Shown: in pieces, positions 1 through 9,864 of the stretch
Numbering within the stretch: the first letter of the stretch is position 1
Layout: every line of letters starts with the position of its first letter
Source: an archaeon
GTDB lineage: Archaea > Hydrothermarchaeota > Hydrothermarchaeia > JALTZZ01
Length of the DNA: 64,000 bases
Direction: 5' to 3'
Assembly (NCBI GenBank): GCA_027051165.1
Contig: JALTZZ010000036.1
Coordinates: 5,050-69,049, forward strand
Notes under the pieces: model-generated
The model's input: the letters and a program-made list of their open reading frames with translations, nothing else
Databases searched by the model: none
What the model was told of the DNA's origin: nothing
Position numbers and translations under genes: made by a program

Positions 1-660
1 TTCAAACCTTTCAAGGTTCTCCTCTACGCTTAGACCTCTGCATTCGCAAGCTTTCTTGGTAAGCTTCAGCTTTTGAAACTTCTCTTGCTCGCACGTGCAT
101 ACGTAGGCTTTGCCAAGCTCTATGAGCTTCCTTGCATGCTCGTAGTATATCTCGAGCCTGTCGCTCTGTATAACCTTTTCGTGATACTCAACCCCGAGCC
201 AAGCCAAGTCCTCTTCTATCATTTCATAAGCTTCTGGCAGTATTCTTGCTGGGTCTGTGTCTTCTATTCTCAAAATAAGCCTGCCTTTATACCTCTTAAC
301 ATATTCATCGTTTAAAATCGCCGCTCTTGCATGTCCTATGTGCAGTGGACCGCTTGGATTAGGTGCGAACCTCATTACAACTCCTTTATCAGCATTTGGC
401 AAATCTTTAAGACCTTTTTCTACTTTCTTTGTAACATACTTAAATCTCTTTACCTCCTCCTCAATTTTCTCCCTTGGTAGCCTGTTAACCTCATCAATGA
501 CTTCCTTAACGATAGGTATTATTTCTTTTGCCCTACTCCTCAACTCTTTTCTCTCGGCAAAAATTTTTCCGAGAACAGCTTTTTCATCAGCTTTTCCATA
601 ATCATAGGCATTTTTAACAGCATACTTGTATATTATTTCCTTTATCTCCTCGATTTCCAT
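1..660 (-). CDS. gltX: Glutamyl-tRNA synthetase, N-terminal part (3' end runs off the window; absent from the ORF track)
   Basis: My minus-strand translation from ATG at 660: MEIEEIKEIIYKYAVKNA...VVMRFAPNPSGPLHIGHARAAILND...LILRIEDTDP...IQSDRLEIYY...AYVCTC. Class I HIGH motif and archaeal GluRS N-terminal extension. Confidence 0.93.
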   Translation of the reverse strand, partial: MEIEEIKEIIYKYAVKNAYDYGKADEKAVLGKIFAERKELRSRAKEIIPIVKEVIDEVNRLPREKIEEEVKRFKYVTKKVEKGLKDLPNADKGVVMRFAPNPSGPLHIGHARAAILNDEYVKRYKGRLILRIEDTDPARILPEAYEMIEEDLAWLGVEYHEKVIQSDRLEIYYEHARKLIELGKAYVCTCEQEKFQKLKLTKKACECRGLSVEENLERFE

Positions 661-662
661 GA

Positions 663-1376
663 TCACACCTCTATTACTGTAGAATATCTAACAAGAGGAT
701 TTCTAACCTTAATAACAACTTTACATCTGCATTTAAATTTTTTTTCAGCATCCCTTTTTATTTCCTTAGCCAATTCTGCCGGAGATATCTCCTTTCTGCA
801 CATATCATTCAGAACTTTTTTTACATTTTCTCTGTCCAAATATAAACTTTTTCTGCTTATTCTTTTTTCTAAAACTTCTATTATATCGAGTATAGATACG
901 TTTGCTTCCTTGAGTATAAGCCAAGCCTCAACCTCCTGCAACACGCTACACCCGTTCATATCGGTATATATTACTCCTTCAAGACATACTCCAATCTCCT
1001 TTTCAACATCGTATTTATCACCGAAAGCTCTTGCAAATATTTTATAATGTTTATTTTTCAAAATAAGCTTACTTATCATTGAAACTTCACTTTTACTTGC
1101 ATACTCGTGCCTCTTTAGTATTTCAAGAACAATGTCTTTGCATAAATCTTCCACCCTATAGATAGGCTTCTTCGTTGCCTGCTCTATTATTTCGTTTATC
1201 GCTTCTAAGTTTCTTGACATGTGAATGCCTTTTTTTATAGCAGGGAGGTCAACAAAGCAGTTAAAAACAGCCAAAAGTGCAAAATTATCGTGAAACTTTA
1301 TAAACTTCTTAACATTTGTAACACCTACCCTCGTTAGGTGAAGCTTTATTTCCGGTATCTGCTCCTGAACATCCAT
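663..1376 (-). CDS. mptA: GTP cyclohydrolase MptA/FolE2-family protein (short, divergent second half)
   Basis: DVQEQIPEIKLHLTRVGVTNVKK and VDLPAIKKGIHMSRN match the MptA N-terminal T-fold. The CPC, HNQR and ESIH motifs are not visible. Confidence 0.72.
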   Translation of the reverse strand: MDVQEQIPEIKLHLTRVGVTNVKKFIKFHDNFALLAVFNCFVDLPAIKKGIHMSRNLEAINEIIEQATKKPIYRVEDLCKDIVLEILKRHEYASKSEVSMISKLILKNKHYKIFARAFGDKYDVEKEIGVCLEGVIYTDMNGCSVLQEVEAWLILKEANVSILDIIEVLEKRISRKSLYLDRENVKKVLNDMCRKEISPAELAKEIKRDAEKKFKCRCKVVIKVRNPLVRYSTVIEV

Positions 1377-1473
1377 ACCCTTTTTCTGATGAATAATATC
1401 TTTAAAAAATTTTTAATATATTTCTAATGTTTTATCCTCAAATATAGCTCTCTGTTTAATGAACTATACACAG

Positions 1474-2652
1474 CTACTCTTTGCTGTCCTTTCCGAAAAA
1501 GAGAAATCCTTTTTTCTTTTCTTTCTTTTTCTTTTCGAACTTCAAATCCTTAACTTCTTCGTAGCAGTTCCCTACACCGCTTGTGTTTCCAACGCCAACA
1601 ACGATTACCTCGTTTCCTTCCGTTCTTCTCACGCTGTCTCTTATAAGCTCGATAGTCTTTTTAAGCGAGTTCTTTACTATATCTTCGGTAAGTGGAGATA
1701 TAGCCTCTTCGATGCTCATCTTTATAATATAAGCCTCAAGCGGTATATCCCTCTTTAATGCACTTTCCTCAATTTTAGCCTTTTCTGGACCCGGATCGCC
1801 TATTGCTGCTCCAATACCCTCGCTCACTTTCCCCGACTTCTCCCCTTCGAGCTTTAACCCAGCATCTATCGTTATTATCTTTCCAATGCTTTTTTCGTCG
1901 CAAAGCTTTTTAACAGCATCTCCAAGCTTTCCCAGCGTTGCACCTTTTCCCTTGGCTTTAAGAACGTAGACCTTTTTTCCTTCCATTTCAACTTCGGCAC
2001 ATATTACATCTTTGGCGATTTCGGTGTAGTTGCACGTTTTAATTAAATGCGCTGCAATCAGCGGTCCAATGCTGTCTCCTATTGGTTTGTTTTCTGCAAT
2101 AGCTTCTATACCTCGCATCTGTGCGTTTGCAATCCTCCTAATCATGGGGAGGTTCATGTGGAGTATCATTGCGAGCTGTATGTTGTTTGTCTTCCTTATA
2201 AGTCCAATGTAGTGTCTAAGGAGCTTTGCTATCATGTTAAGCCCAATGCTTCCTTTTAGCAGGGCAACGATGTTTGCTCTAAGCTCCTCGCTTGCCTTGG
2301 GTGCGATATCCTTTGCGATGTATTCGAATCTGTCCTCAGCTTTATCGAGGAGATGCTCGATCTTCTTCAAAATTCCGTATGGATCAAGGTCTACTGGAGG
2401 TATTATAAAGAAATCGAGGAAATCCTCTATCTTTCTTCTCTTAAGAACGTTGCCGCCGCCCTTTTCAACACAGAGTTTGCATGTTATATCAACAGACTTC
2501 CTTACGTAGTCCTCTACCATCCTCGCGAGCATTTCCATTTCATTTATTATCTTATAAAGAAGATACTTTGGATACAGGAGGAAAAGAAGTAGAATAAGGA
2601 ATATCCCTAACATCTGTCCAAGCAACGACTGCTGGTCAAATATGTTCATCAT
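1474..2652 (-). CDS. DUF1512-family membrane-anchored archaeal protein
   Basis: N-terminal TM helix; GDSIGPLIA, IDAGLKLEGEKSG..EGIGAAIGDPGPEK and GVGNTSGV motifs. Confidence 0.72.
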   Translation of the reverse strand: MMNIFDQQSLLGQMLGIFLILLLFLLYPKYLLYKIINEMEMLARMVEDYVRKSVDITCKLCVEKGGGNVLKRRKIEDFLDFFIIPPVDLDPYGILKKIEHLLDKAEDRFEYIAKDIAPKASEELRANIVALLKGSIGLNMIAKLLRHYIGLIRKTNNIQLAMILHMNLPMIRRIANAQMRGIEAIAENKPIGDSIGPLIAAHLIKTCNYTEIAKDVICAEVEMEGKKVYVLKAKGKGATLGKLGDAVKKLCDEKSIGKIITIDAGLKLEGEKSGKVSEGIGAAIGDPGPEKAKIEESALKRDIPLEAYIIKMSIEEAISPLTEDIVKNSLKKTIELIRDSVRRTEGNEVIVVGVGNTSGVGNCYEEVKDLKFEKKKKEKKKGFLFFGKDSKE

Positions 2653-2698
2653 GCAAAATACCTAAAGGTTTAATAGTATATAAATCTTATTTTCGTAT

Positions 2699-3088
2699 AT
2701 GAGACTTTACGTAAAGGCGAGGGTTTATCCAACAGAGGATAAGGAAAAGGTTAAGATAGCGATACTAAATCTATTCGAAAATGTTGAGGTAGAAGAGGTT
2801 TACGAAAACGGCGAACTCTATATAGTTGCAAGGGGAAAGAAAAAGGAGTGCTTAAACAAAATGAGAGAAGCCATAAGAAGGCAGGCTATACTTGACACTG
2901 TTAGAAGCGTTTTAATGGCAAGCATCGAGGATAATAAAAGAATAAGAGTAAAGCTTAACAAACAAGCTGCTTTTGCTGGTTCTTTAAACTTTTACGAGGA
3001 TTCCATACTCGGCTATATTGAAGTGGTCATCGAAGCTGAAAATATCTACGAAATTATAGACTGGCTTGCACCCTCCACCGTAGATTAG
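2699..3088 (+). CDS. UPF0201/DUF54 putative RNA-binding protein
   Basis: VYPTEDKEKVKIAILNLF, IRRQAILDTVRSVL and LNKQAAFAG motifs. Confidence 0.75.
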   Translation: MRLYVKARVYPTEDKEKVKIAILNLFENVEVEEVYENGELYIVARGKKKECLNKMREAIRRQAILDTVRSVLMASIEDNKRIRVKLNKQAAFAGSLNFYEDSILGYIEVVIEAENIYEIIDWLAPSTVD

Positions 3089-3099
3089 CGGTGAAGCGT

Positions 3100-3519
3100 A
3101 TGAGCGATGAGAAAGAGCTTCTTAAAAAATCTTTTTTTACGGAGAGGCAGTATGAGGTTCTCAAACTAAGGGCTAAAGGACTCACACAAGAAAAAATTGC
3201 AAAAATTTTAAACACTACAAGGGAAAATGTAACAATTTTGGAGAAAAAAGCTAAGGAAAAAATAGAAAAAGCAAGAAATACGCTCCAGCTCTTTGAAATT
3301 CTCGATCCGGTTGAAGTTAAAATAGATGCATATACAGATGTGTTCGAAATACCGAGGATAATTTTTAGAGAAGCAGATAAGCATAATATAAAGGTTTTAT
3401 ACAACACGACATCAATCATCGGGATAGTTAGAAGAAAGGCTGGAGATAAAATAGCTGGGAATTACGTAAGGAAGCCTTTTACGGTTAAAATACTCAGAAG
3501 TGGAAAAATTATAATATAA
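3100..3519 (+). CDS. tfx: Tfx-family DNA-binding protein
   Basis: FTERQYEVLKLRAKGLTQEKIAKILNTTRENV HTH plus Tfx C-terminal domain. ATG at 3100 preferred over GTG at 3091. Confidence 0.8.
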   Translation: MSDEKELLKKSFFTERQYEVLKLRAKGLTQEKIAKILNTTRENVTILEKKAKEKIEKARNTLQLFEILDPVEVKIDAYTDVFEIPRIIFREADKHNIKVLYNTTSIIGIVRRKAGDKIAGNYVRKPFTVKILRSGKIII

Positions 3520-3521
3520 AA

Positions 3522-4412
3522 TCAGATTGCAAGTCCGATTATCTCCTCTATGCTCTCAAATCCTTCTTTCCTTAGATAATCCTCAATTTCGCTGCAGACT
3601 TTTTTAAAGACATCTATACCCCTATAAAGAACTGCGGTTCCTATCTGCACAGCTTTTGCTCCAGCTAAGAAGTATTCAACCGCATCCTCGCCGGTAAACA
3701 CGCCTCCGCACCCTATTATATCTATATCAACTTCCTTGGCTATTTCATATACGCATCTAACCGCTATCGGCTTTAGACATCTGCCGCTTAATCCACCGGT
3801 TTTATTTGCTAAAACGGGCTTCTTCGCATATATGTCTATCTTCATCGCCTTTACGGTATTCGTAACCACTAAGGCATCTACCTTAGCCTCTTCGCATGCC
3901 TTCGCTACGCTAACGATATCCGTAACGTTAGGAGTAAGCTTTGCAAAAACCGGAATTTTTAACTTTGACTTAACAGCCCTAACAGCTTCATAGCTCAGAT
4001 TTTCACTTTGAGCAAAAAGCTTGCCCTCAACATTTGGGCATGAGAGGTTCAATTCCACAGCATCAGCATACTTAGCCACACCACATGCGACTTCGACGTA
4101 TTCTGATATGCTTTTACCAAAAACGCTTGCTACAACGACAACACCGCTCTCTTTAAGATATTTGAGTTCTTTTATAAAATTTTTGTAACCGGGATTTGCA
4201 AGTCCAACAGCGTTGAGCAAACCTTCCTCTATCTCAATCACGGTTGGATTTTTATGCCCTTCCCTTGCTTCTACGCTGAGAGATTTCGTAACGACTGCAC
4301 CGGCACCTCCTTCAAAATATACCCTCTTTAAAGCCGCACCGCTCGCACTTAGCACACCGCTTGCTAAAATTGTTGGATTTCTCATTTGAAGTCCGCCTAC
4401 ATTTATATGCAT
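3522..4412 (-). CDS. pyrD: Dihydroorotate dehydrogenase, family 1 catalytic subunit
   Basis: NPTILASG, VVTKS, ELNLSCPN (catalytic Cys), KLTPN, GGLSG, IGCGG, VQIGTA. Start moved to ATG 4412 because the longer ORF N-terminus is non-homologous. Confidence 0.92.
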   Translation of the reverse strand: MHINVGGLQMRNPTILASGVLSASGAALKRVYFEGGAGAVVTKSLSVEAREGHKNPTVIEIEEGLLNAVGLANPGYKNFIKELKYLKESGVVVVASVFGKSISEYVEVACGVAKYADAVELNLSCPNVEGKLFAQSENLSYEAVRAVKSKLKIPVFAKLTPNVTDIVSVAKACEEAKVDALVVTNTVKAMKIDIYAKKPVLANKTGGLSGRCLKPIAVRCVYEIAKEVDIDIIGCGGVFTGEDAVEYFLAGAKAVQIGTAVLYRGIDVFKKVCSEIEDYLRKEGFESIEEIIGLAI

Positions 4413-4485
4413 GTTATTAAAGAAACATTTAGCATTGATAAGCATTTGGTTATATTTGATTTCGTTAAAACATAACATTGTTTCC

Positions 4486-4734
4486 ATGAAGTTCAGAATT
4501 CTGCTGAAAAGTCTTGTAAAAGGACTTTTAGCCACAGGAAATTTTAGATATGTTGAAGTTTTCAGAGATCCAGATGTAGATGGGCTTGTTGTTGAAACAG
4601 ACTTGGGCAAAGCTGTGGTTACTGCTAATGATCTCAGGATACTGAGAGAGGAAAATCCCAATGTGGAAAAACTTAAAAAGGCTTTGGTTGAAAAAGTTCT
4701 AAAAGATTTAAAGATAAACGAAAATAAAAGTTAA
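4486..4734 (+). CDS. Small hypothetical protein
   Basis: 82-aa ORF divergent from pyrD and convergent with wecC; natural-looking composition; no recognised motif. Confidence 0.4.
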   Translation: MKFRILLKSLVKGLLATGNFRYVEVFRDPDVDGLVVETDLGKAVVTANDLRILREENPNVEKLKKALVEKVLKDLKINENKS

Positions 4735-6029
4735 CATCCTATTCCAAAGTAAATAAATCCGTATTTTTCTGCTTCTTTTTTATTTAAAATTCTCCTTCCA
4801 TCAACAATTATACAGTTCTCATTTACAAGCTTCTTCAGCTCTTTAAGATCGAGCTTCTTGTATTCGTCGTGATCCGTTACTATAACGATGCAGTCTGCAC
4901 TCTTAACCACCTCTTTAAGATTCCTTGAGAAATTGCTCTGAAAATCGCTTTTTGCACGTGGATCGTGAGAAAATACATCGTATTTTCTTTTAAGTGCATG
5001 TATAATATCCTTGGCTGGAGAGTTTCTCGTATCATCGGTATTTCCTTTATATGCTACTCCGAGAACTGCTATCTTTGCTCTTTCTTTTTTAAGCATCTTT
5101 AAGCTGTTTTCAACGATTTCAACCACATGCAGAGGCATGCTTTCGTTTATTTTTCTTGCACTCTCAATAAGCTTAAGCTCCAAGTCGTATTCTCTTGCTT
5201 TGTATATAAGGAAGTATGGATCCTTTGGCAGGCAGTATCCACCAACCCCAGCTCCGGGATAGTGGAGGTTTACCCTTGGATGCTTGTTTGCAAGTTCTAT
5301 AACTTTTAGAACATCCACATTAAGCTTTTCGCACAATAAAGCAATTTCATTTGCGAGTGCAATGTTTACGTCCCTAAATGTGTTCTCAACAAGCTTAACC
5401 ACTTCTGCAGTTGTTGGATCTGTTATATAGATATTTCCTTTAGTTATTTTAGAATAAAAGGCTTTTGCGAGCTCTGCACTATTTTCGTCAAAAGCACCTA
5501 TCACCCTATCATTTTCAACGATTTCTTTAATAGTCCTTGACGGAATTGCCCTCTCAGGGACATATGCATAGAATATATCTCTCCCAACAGTTAAGCTATG
5601 CTCTTTTAGCATGTTCACAATTTTTTTGCTTGTTTCAATGGCTAATGTGCTTTCAACTATCAAAAGCTTTTCTTTATTATAGTTTTCAGCTACTTTTCTG
5701 CAGACATCAAAAACTGCTTGCATACACGCTTTATTTCCTTTTAAAGGCGTAGAAACCACAACTATAACTATATCCGCAGCTCTTACAACACTCTCAACAT
5801 CCGTGGTTGCTGAGATTTTTACCTTTTTTAATAGCTCCTCCAACCCCTTCTCCTTTATATGTGGCTTCCCTTTATTTACGCTCTCAACAACGCTTGGGTT
5901 TATGTCCGCTCCAAAAACCTTATAGCCTCTGCTCGCTATTATGCATGCTAAGGGCAAGCCTATGTATCCTAAGCCAACCACTCCTACAGTAGCACCGCTA
6001 TTCTCTATAATCTCTCTGAGCATGCTCAT
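4731..6029 (-). CDS. wecC: UDP-N-acetyl-D-mannosamine/nucleotide-sugar dehydrogenase
   Basis: GLGYIGLP Rossmann motif, ESTL, PER, KLVENTFRDVNIALANE, PGAGVGGYCLPKDP, LGVAYKGNTDDTRNSP. Confidence 0.85.
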   Translation of the reverse strand: MSMLREIIENSGATVGVVGLGYIGLPLACIIASRGYKVFGADINPSVVESVNKGKPHIKEKGLEELLKKVKISATTDVESVVRAADIVIVVVSTPLKGNKACMQAVFDVCRKVAENYNKEKLLIVESTLAIETSKKIVNMLKEHSLTVGRDIFYAYVPERAIPSRTIKEIVENDRVIGAFDENSAELAKAFYSKITKGNIYITDPTTAEVVKLVENTFRDVNIALANEIALLCEKLNVDVLKVIELANKHPRVNLHYPGAGVGGYCLPKDPYFLIYKAREYDLELKLIESARKINESMPLHVVEIVENSLKMLKKERAKIAVLGVAYKGNTDDTRNSPAKDIIHALKRKYDVFSHDPRAKSDFQSNFSRNLKEVVKSADCIVIVTDHDEYKKLDLKELKKLVNENCIIVDGRRILNKKEAEKYGFIYFGIGC

Positions 6030-6158
6030 AGCTTTTTCTATCTCCTATTTTAACCTTTCTGTTGAAACCCTTTCAAGCACAATTTCCAGAGATTAACAAA
6101 CAGTGTCATGGTGCAGTATAAGATTTTATACCATTTCTTATCGTTTCATAAGGATTTT

Positions 6159-7106
6159 TTATTCCTTTTTCTTAAGATTACGCTTCAAATATATTATTTG
6201 TGTCTTTTTATACGGTTTTTTCTCAATAATTCCCCTCTCAGCTAAGCTCGAAAGTATTCTGCTAATCTTCGGCTTTGAAAAATTCGTTAATTCTGGAAGC
6301 TTATCTTGTCTTATCGAACCTCCGTGCTCCATAATTACTTTTACTATTTTTTCTTCATCTTCTGTAAGAATTTCAAATATAATTTCCTCCTTTTTTCTTC
6401 CAGCCACCTTATAGACTGCATATAAAAGCAAAATCAGGAATGGTATTGCAAACAAGGTAAAGATTATATATCCGTTTTTATTTGATACTTCCTCCAAGCT
6501 TCTTATTCTATGAACGTTAAAACCTCTGAGCTGATCGTATATGCTTTCGTTAATCTCATAGTCAATCACATACACGTCTCTTGCCTCCACAAAGTTGAGT
6601 GCATATAAAACGCTTTCTGGTATTTTATTCTTTTTTACATAAAGTATCGGTGCTTCAAGGTTTATAGCTACTCTCTGTGCAAGAAGAAGAGCTTTTTGCG
6701 ACTCTCCATTCACAAGAACAACGCTGTCTGCTTTTCCAAACATGAACATCGCTATAGCTGCAGATGTGGAGTATCTGTCAACCTCGCTGAATCTATTCGT
6801 AATAAATCCCATGTTTTCAAGCTTCTGCTGAACTGCAAATGATATGGCATCGTAACCTCCGATTATTGCCACCCTCTCGTAGCCAAGCTCTTTGTATCCA
6901 ATGAGGAGTTCTTCGGCAGTTTTATCAAGCTCGTTGCTTGACGTTGAGACTATGGGAACCTTATATTTATAAGCATAAGCCTGTGCAAGTGTATAATCGT
7001 ATGCGAGGTCGTTTCTAACAATTATTACATCAAAGTCGCTTGAATATGCAATGCTTGCATTAAGCACCAGAGAAATGAATATTATTAGTGTAACCAACTT
7101 TTTCAT
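6159..7106 (-). CDS. Signal peptide + cell-wall-binding-repeat-2-like domains + TM helix + C-terminal winged HTH
   Basis: CWB2-like segments (IIGGYDAIS, RFSEVDRYSTSAAIA, APILYV), TM IIFTLFAIPFLILLLYAVY, wHTH LTEDEEKIV..IRQDKLPELTNFSKPKISRILSSLAERGIIEK. Confidence 0.7.
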   Translation of the reverse strand: MKKLVTLIIFISLVLNASIAYSSDFDVIIVRNDLAYDYTLAQAYAYKYKVPIVSTSSNELDKTAEELLIGYKELGYERVAIIGGYDAISFAVQQKLENMGFITNRFSEVDRYSTSAAIAMFMFGKADSVVLVNGESQKALLLAQRVAINLEAPILYVKKNKIPESVLYALNFVEARDVYVIDYEINESIYDQLRGFNVHRIRSLEEVSNKNGYIIFTLFAIPFLILLLYAVYKVAGRKKEEIIFEILTEDEEKIVKVIMEHGGSIRQDKLPELTNFSKPKISRILSSLAERGIIEKKPYKKTQIIYLKRNLKKKE

Positions 7107-7158
7107 GTTAAAACTTATATTCTGCTTTATTAAAAAGTTAACTTTCTTTAGTAGTTTG

Positions 7159-8100
7159 ATGAGATATAGGGTTGGAGCAACAGCTTTAATCCCATGTGAA
7201 GTCGTGTATGCATGCGGTCATGCTTTAGTGGATTTAAATAATTTTGTCCCATTTTCAAACATTAGTCCAGATGATAAACTTTGTGCGTGGACTGCTATAT
7301 GGAGAGACCTTGTTTTAAAAAAATATGTTAAAATAGATAAGCTTGTGGTAGTTGCTTCTGGAGACTGCTACAATGCACTTGTGGACGGAGAAAAAATAGA
7401 ACTGAGCGGAATAAAGACGTTTTACTTCACGTATCCTTTTGACGGCAACGTTGATTACATGAAAGAAACGCTCAGAAATTTTGTCGAATTTCTCGGCGGA
7501 GATATGGATGAGGGTTTAATGAATGAGGTTTACAAGCTTAAGAAGCTTGCACTTGAGATTGATAGAAAGAGGGTTCTCGGTAAGGCAGATAATGCAAGCA
7601 CATTTAAGATTCTTGTTTCATCAAGCGACCTTATGGGAAACATCGAAAAGTATAGAAGAGAGATTGAAAGTTTTGAAGAAGAAGATGTTAACTATGATTA
7701 TAGAGTTGCCTTAATAGGAATTCCCCCAATATATAGAGATTTTCATGAAGTTCTTAAAGAAATAGGTTTTCTTGTTGTTTACGATGAAATGCCGTATGAA
7801 TTTGCAAGATTAAGCGGAAGAAGTCTTGATGAAATCGCCAAAAATTACGTAAACTATACATTTGCAAGAAACATTAAGTTCAGGATTAATTTTATAAAAA
7901 ATGAAATTAAAAAAAGGAAAGCCGAGGCGGTTATACACTTTACACAGTTTGCATGCCACCACAAGCTTGAGGACAGTATATTTAGAAGGGAGCTTGATGT
8001 TCCTTTTCTCACAATCGAAGCAGACCTTCCAAGCAGAACTCCGGAGCAGGCAAGAATAAGATTAGAGGCGTTTGCCGAAAGACTCAGGGAATATATATGA
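7159..8100 (+). CDS. 2-hydroxyacyl-CoA dehydratase subunit D-family (HgdB-like) Fe-S protein
   Basis: LCAW, GDC, IHFTQFACHH and LTIEAD...QARIRLEAFAERL motifs. ATG at 7159. Confidence 0.78.
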   Translation: MRYRVGATALIPCEVVYACGHALVDLNNFVPFSNISPDDKLCAWTAIWRDLVLKKYVKIDKLVVVASGDCYNALVDGEKIELSGIKTFYFTYPFDGNVDYMKETLRNFVEFLGGDMDEGLMNEVYKLKKLALEIDRKRVLGKADNASTFKILVSSSDLMGNIEKYRREIESFEEEDVNYDYRVALIGIPPIYRDFHEVLKEIGFLVVYDEMPYEFARLSGRSLDEIAKNYVNYTFARNIKFRINFIKNEIKKRKAEAVIHFTQFACHHKLEDSIFRRELDVPFLTIEADLPSRTPEQARIRLEAFAERLREYI

Positions 8101-8112
8101 TGGTGATGAAAT

Positions 8113-8790
8113 ATGGGGATTAAAAAGATACTCGACGAATACATGGAAAAAGTTCCGGAAGTTGTAGACTTCAGCGATAGATGCTTGAGAAGCGAGAGGT
8201 GGAACAAAAACGTTGTTCTGATGGTTTTCGATGCCGCTCTAACGTCCATAGGGGTGAACTACTTCAACGCAGTAGTTCCGAAGGTTAGGCTTTTTAAAGA
8301 GGTTTTTATTGATAGCGGAAAGATTAATGGTTTAAAAGACCTCGCAAATATAAACTTGGATGATTTAAAAGTAATATGGAAAAATGAAAGGTCTCTAAGA
8401 GTTGCAAAAGATGTTGCACATGCTTTAAGCAGTTTTGGGAACGATGTTAAAGCTTTAAGGGTGTGGGCTGAAAATTCGAGGCTTGAAAACTGGAAGAGCG
8501 ATGTTGTCGGAAAAATTAAGGGTGTCGGAATAAATACATACCAGTATTTGAGAATGATGGGCGGAGTAGATACCGTTATGCCAGATAAAATTGTTAAAAG
8601 GGTTGTGAATGAAATTTTAAGAAAGGCTGGAGAAAGGGAAATATTTGAAGACATAAAATTTATAAAAAAGGTTCATGAAATTGCAGAAAAAACCGGATAC
8701 AGGGCTATAGATATATGCTTCATGTCATGGCTCGTTCAATACGACGATGAGAAGAGAAAAAAGTATTCGAAGATGCTCAGCGAGATATAA
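8113..8790 (+). CDS. Helix-hairpin-helix (HhH-GPD-like) protein
   Basis: KIKGVGINTYQYLRMMGGVDTVMPDKIV resembles the HhH plus PD motif of DNA glycosylase-like proteins. Confidence 0.5.
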   Translation: MGIKKILDEYMEKVPEVVDFSDRCLRSERWNKNVVLMVFDAALTSIGVNYFNAVVPKVRLFKEVFIDSGKINGLKDLANINLDDLKVIWKNERSLRVAKDVAHALSSFGNDVKALRVWAENSRLENWKSDVVGKIKGVGINTYQYLRMMGGVDTVMPDKIVKRVVNEILRKAGEREIFEDIKFIKKVHEIAEKTGYRAIDICFMSWLVQYDDEKRKKYSKMLSEI

Positions 8791-8796
8791 AATAAG

Positions 8797-9813
8797 CTAT
8801 CCTTCCCTTCCAGTTTCTCTAACAGCTTCAACAGTTCTCCTTAGCAACTCATAGGCAACCTCCTGAGATGGCCAGCTTCCAAGACCGCAATCAGGACCTG
8901 CGAAAAGTATTCTGTTTCCAAACTTCTCTAAAAGCCATTTGAACCTCTTTTTAATAGTTTCCTTATCATCTATTAAATCGTATTCTGTATATTTTACCCC
9001 TTTTTCAACGAGCTCGCCTATAATGGTATCTATATTTGTTCTTGTAATGCCGGCTCTCAAAAATTTATCGTATCTTTCCAGATCTTCCTTCTTTATAAGC
9101 TCAGCGTTTATCGGCGTTGAGGCAAATTCTCCCGTTAGAATTTTAATATTATCGCATTTAACAACAGATTCCGCCATCTTCAGGCTGTGGAGGTGAATCT
9201 GAACGTGTTTATCCTTAACGCTTTCAACACTCTTATCGAGGGCTTTTATTAGGGTTTCCTCATCCAAATTCATTATATCAGCGAGACCCAAGCTCGGCTC
9301 ATCTATCGAGAATACCTCTGCTTTTATATATTTTTTATCAACAAGGGAATTTTTAAGGAATCTGTTGACACTCTCGGCTATGTTCATTAGAACCTCAGGA
9401 TATACGTATGTTCCGAATTCTGTTCTTAAATAGAGCTCAACGGCTCCGGTAACACATACCCTAAGCTTTAATGGCTCTCCCGTTTCTTCGTAATACTCCT
9501 TCGAAAATTCCTCCACAACCTTAACTTCCGGAATTATTGCCTTTTTTTCGTCAATCAGATAAGGTTCAGACTGATATTTTAATATGGGCTCTAAAAACTG
9601 CTTGTGCATGTCAAAATGCTGCGGATATGTTACGTAGTCGAGACCGGCCTTTATTTTATATTTAAGCGATGTAAATATTGATTTTTTGAATATTTCGTCC
9701 GGCTCTTCTCCTCTTAAAATTTTATCGTAGTTTCTAAAATATATCTTTGAGAATTCCTCTTTTTTGATTTCCTTCGGAAGGGGAAAGCTACCTATGTCGT
9801 CTGCATACACCAT
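8797..9813 (-). CDS. metE: Core (half-size) cobalamin-independent methionine synthase, MetE C-terminal family
   Basis: DIGSFPLP, SIDEPSLG, IHLH zinc ligand, AGPDCGLGSW. Confidence 0.8.
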   Translation of the reverse strand: MVYADDIGSFPLPKEIKKEEFSKIYFRNYDKILRGEEPDEIFKKSIFTSLKYKIKAGLDYVTYPQHFDMHKQFLEPILKYQSEPYLIDEKKAIIPEVKVVEEFSKEYYEETGEPLKLRVCVTGAVELYLRTEFGTYVYPEVLMNIAESVNRFLKNSLVDKKYIKAEVFSIDEPSLGLADIMNLDEETLIKALDKSVESVKDKHVQIHLHSLKMAESVVKCDNIKILTGEFASTPINAELIKKEDLERYDKFLRAGITRTNIDTIIGELVEKGVKYTEYDLIDDKETIKKRFKWLLEKFGNRILFAGPDCGLGSWPSQEVAYELLRRTVEAVRETGREG

Positions 9814-9864
9814 AGGTTAATATATTTAAAAATAAATTTAAAAATCTTTTGCAGATATTTTTAT

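Noticed and set aside
73-601. Plus-strand ORFs 73-315 and 257-601
   Set aside because: They are antisense to gltX, which is evident on the minus strand. The many similar short antisense ORFs across the track were dismissed for the same reason.
4413-4661. N-terminal extension of PyrD in the ORF track
   Set aside because: It is Ser/Thr-rich antisense to the small + ORF; homology starts at the ATG at 4412.
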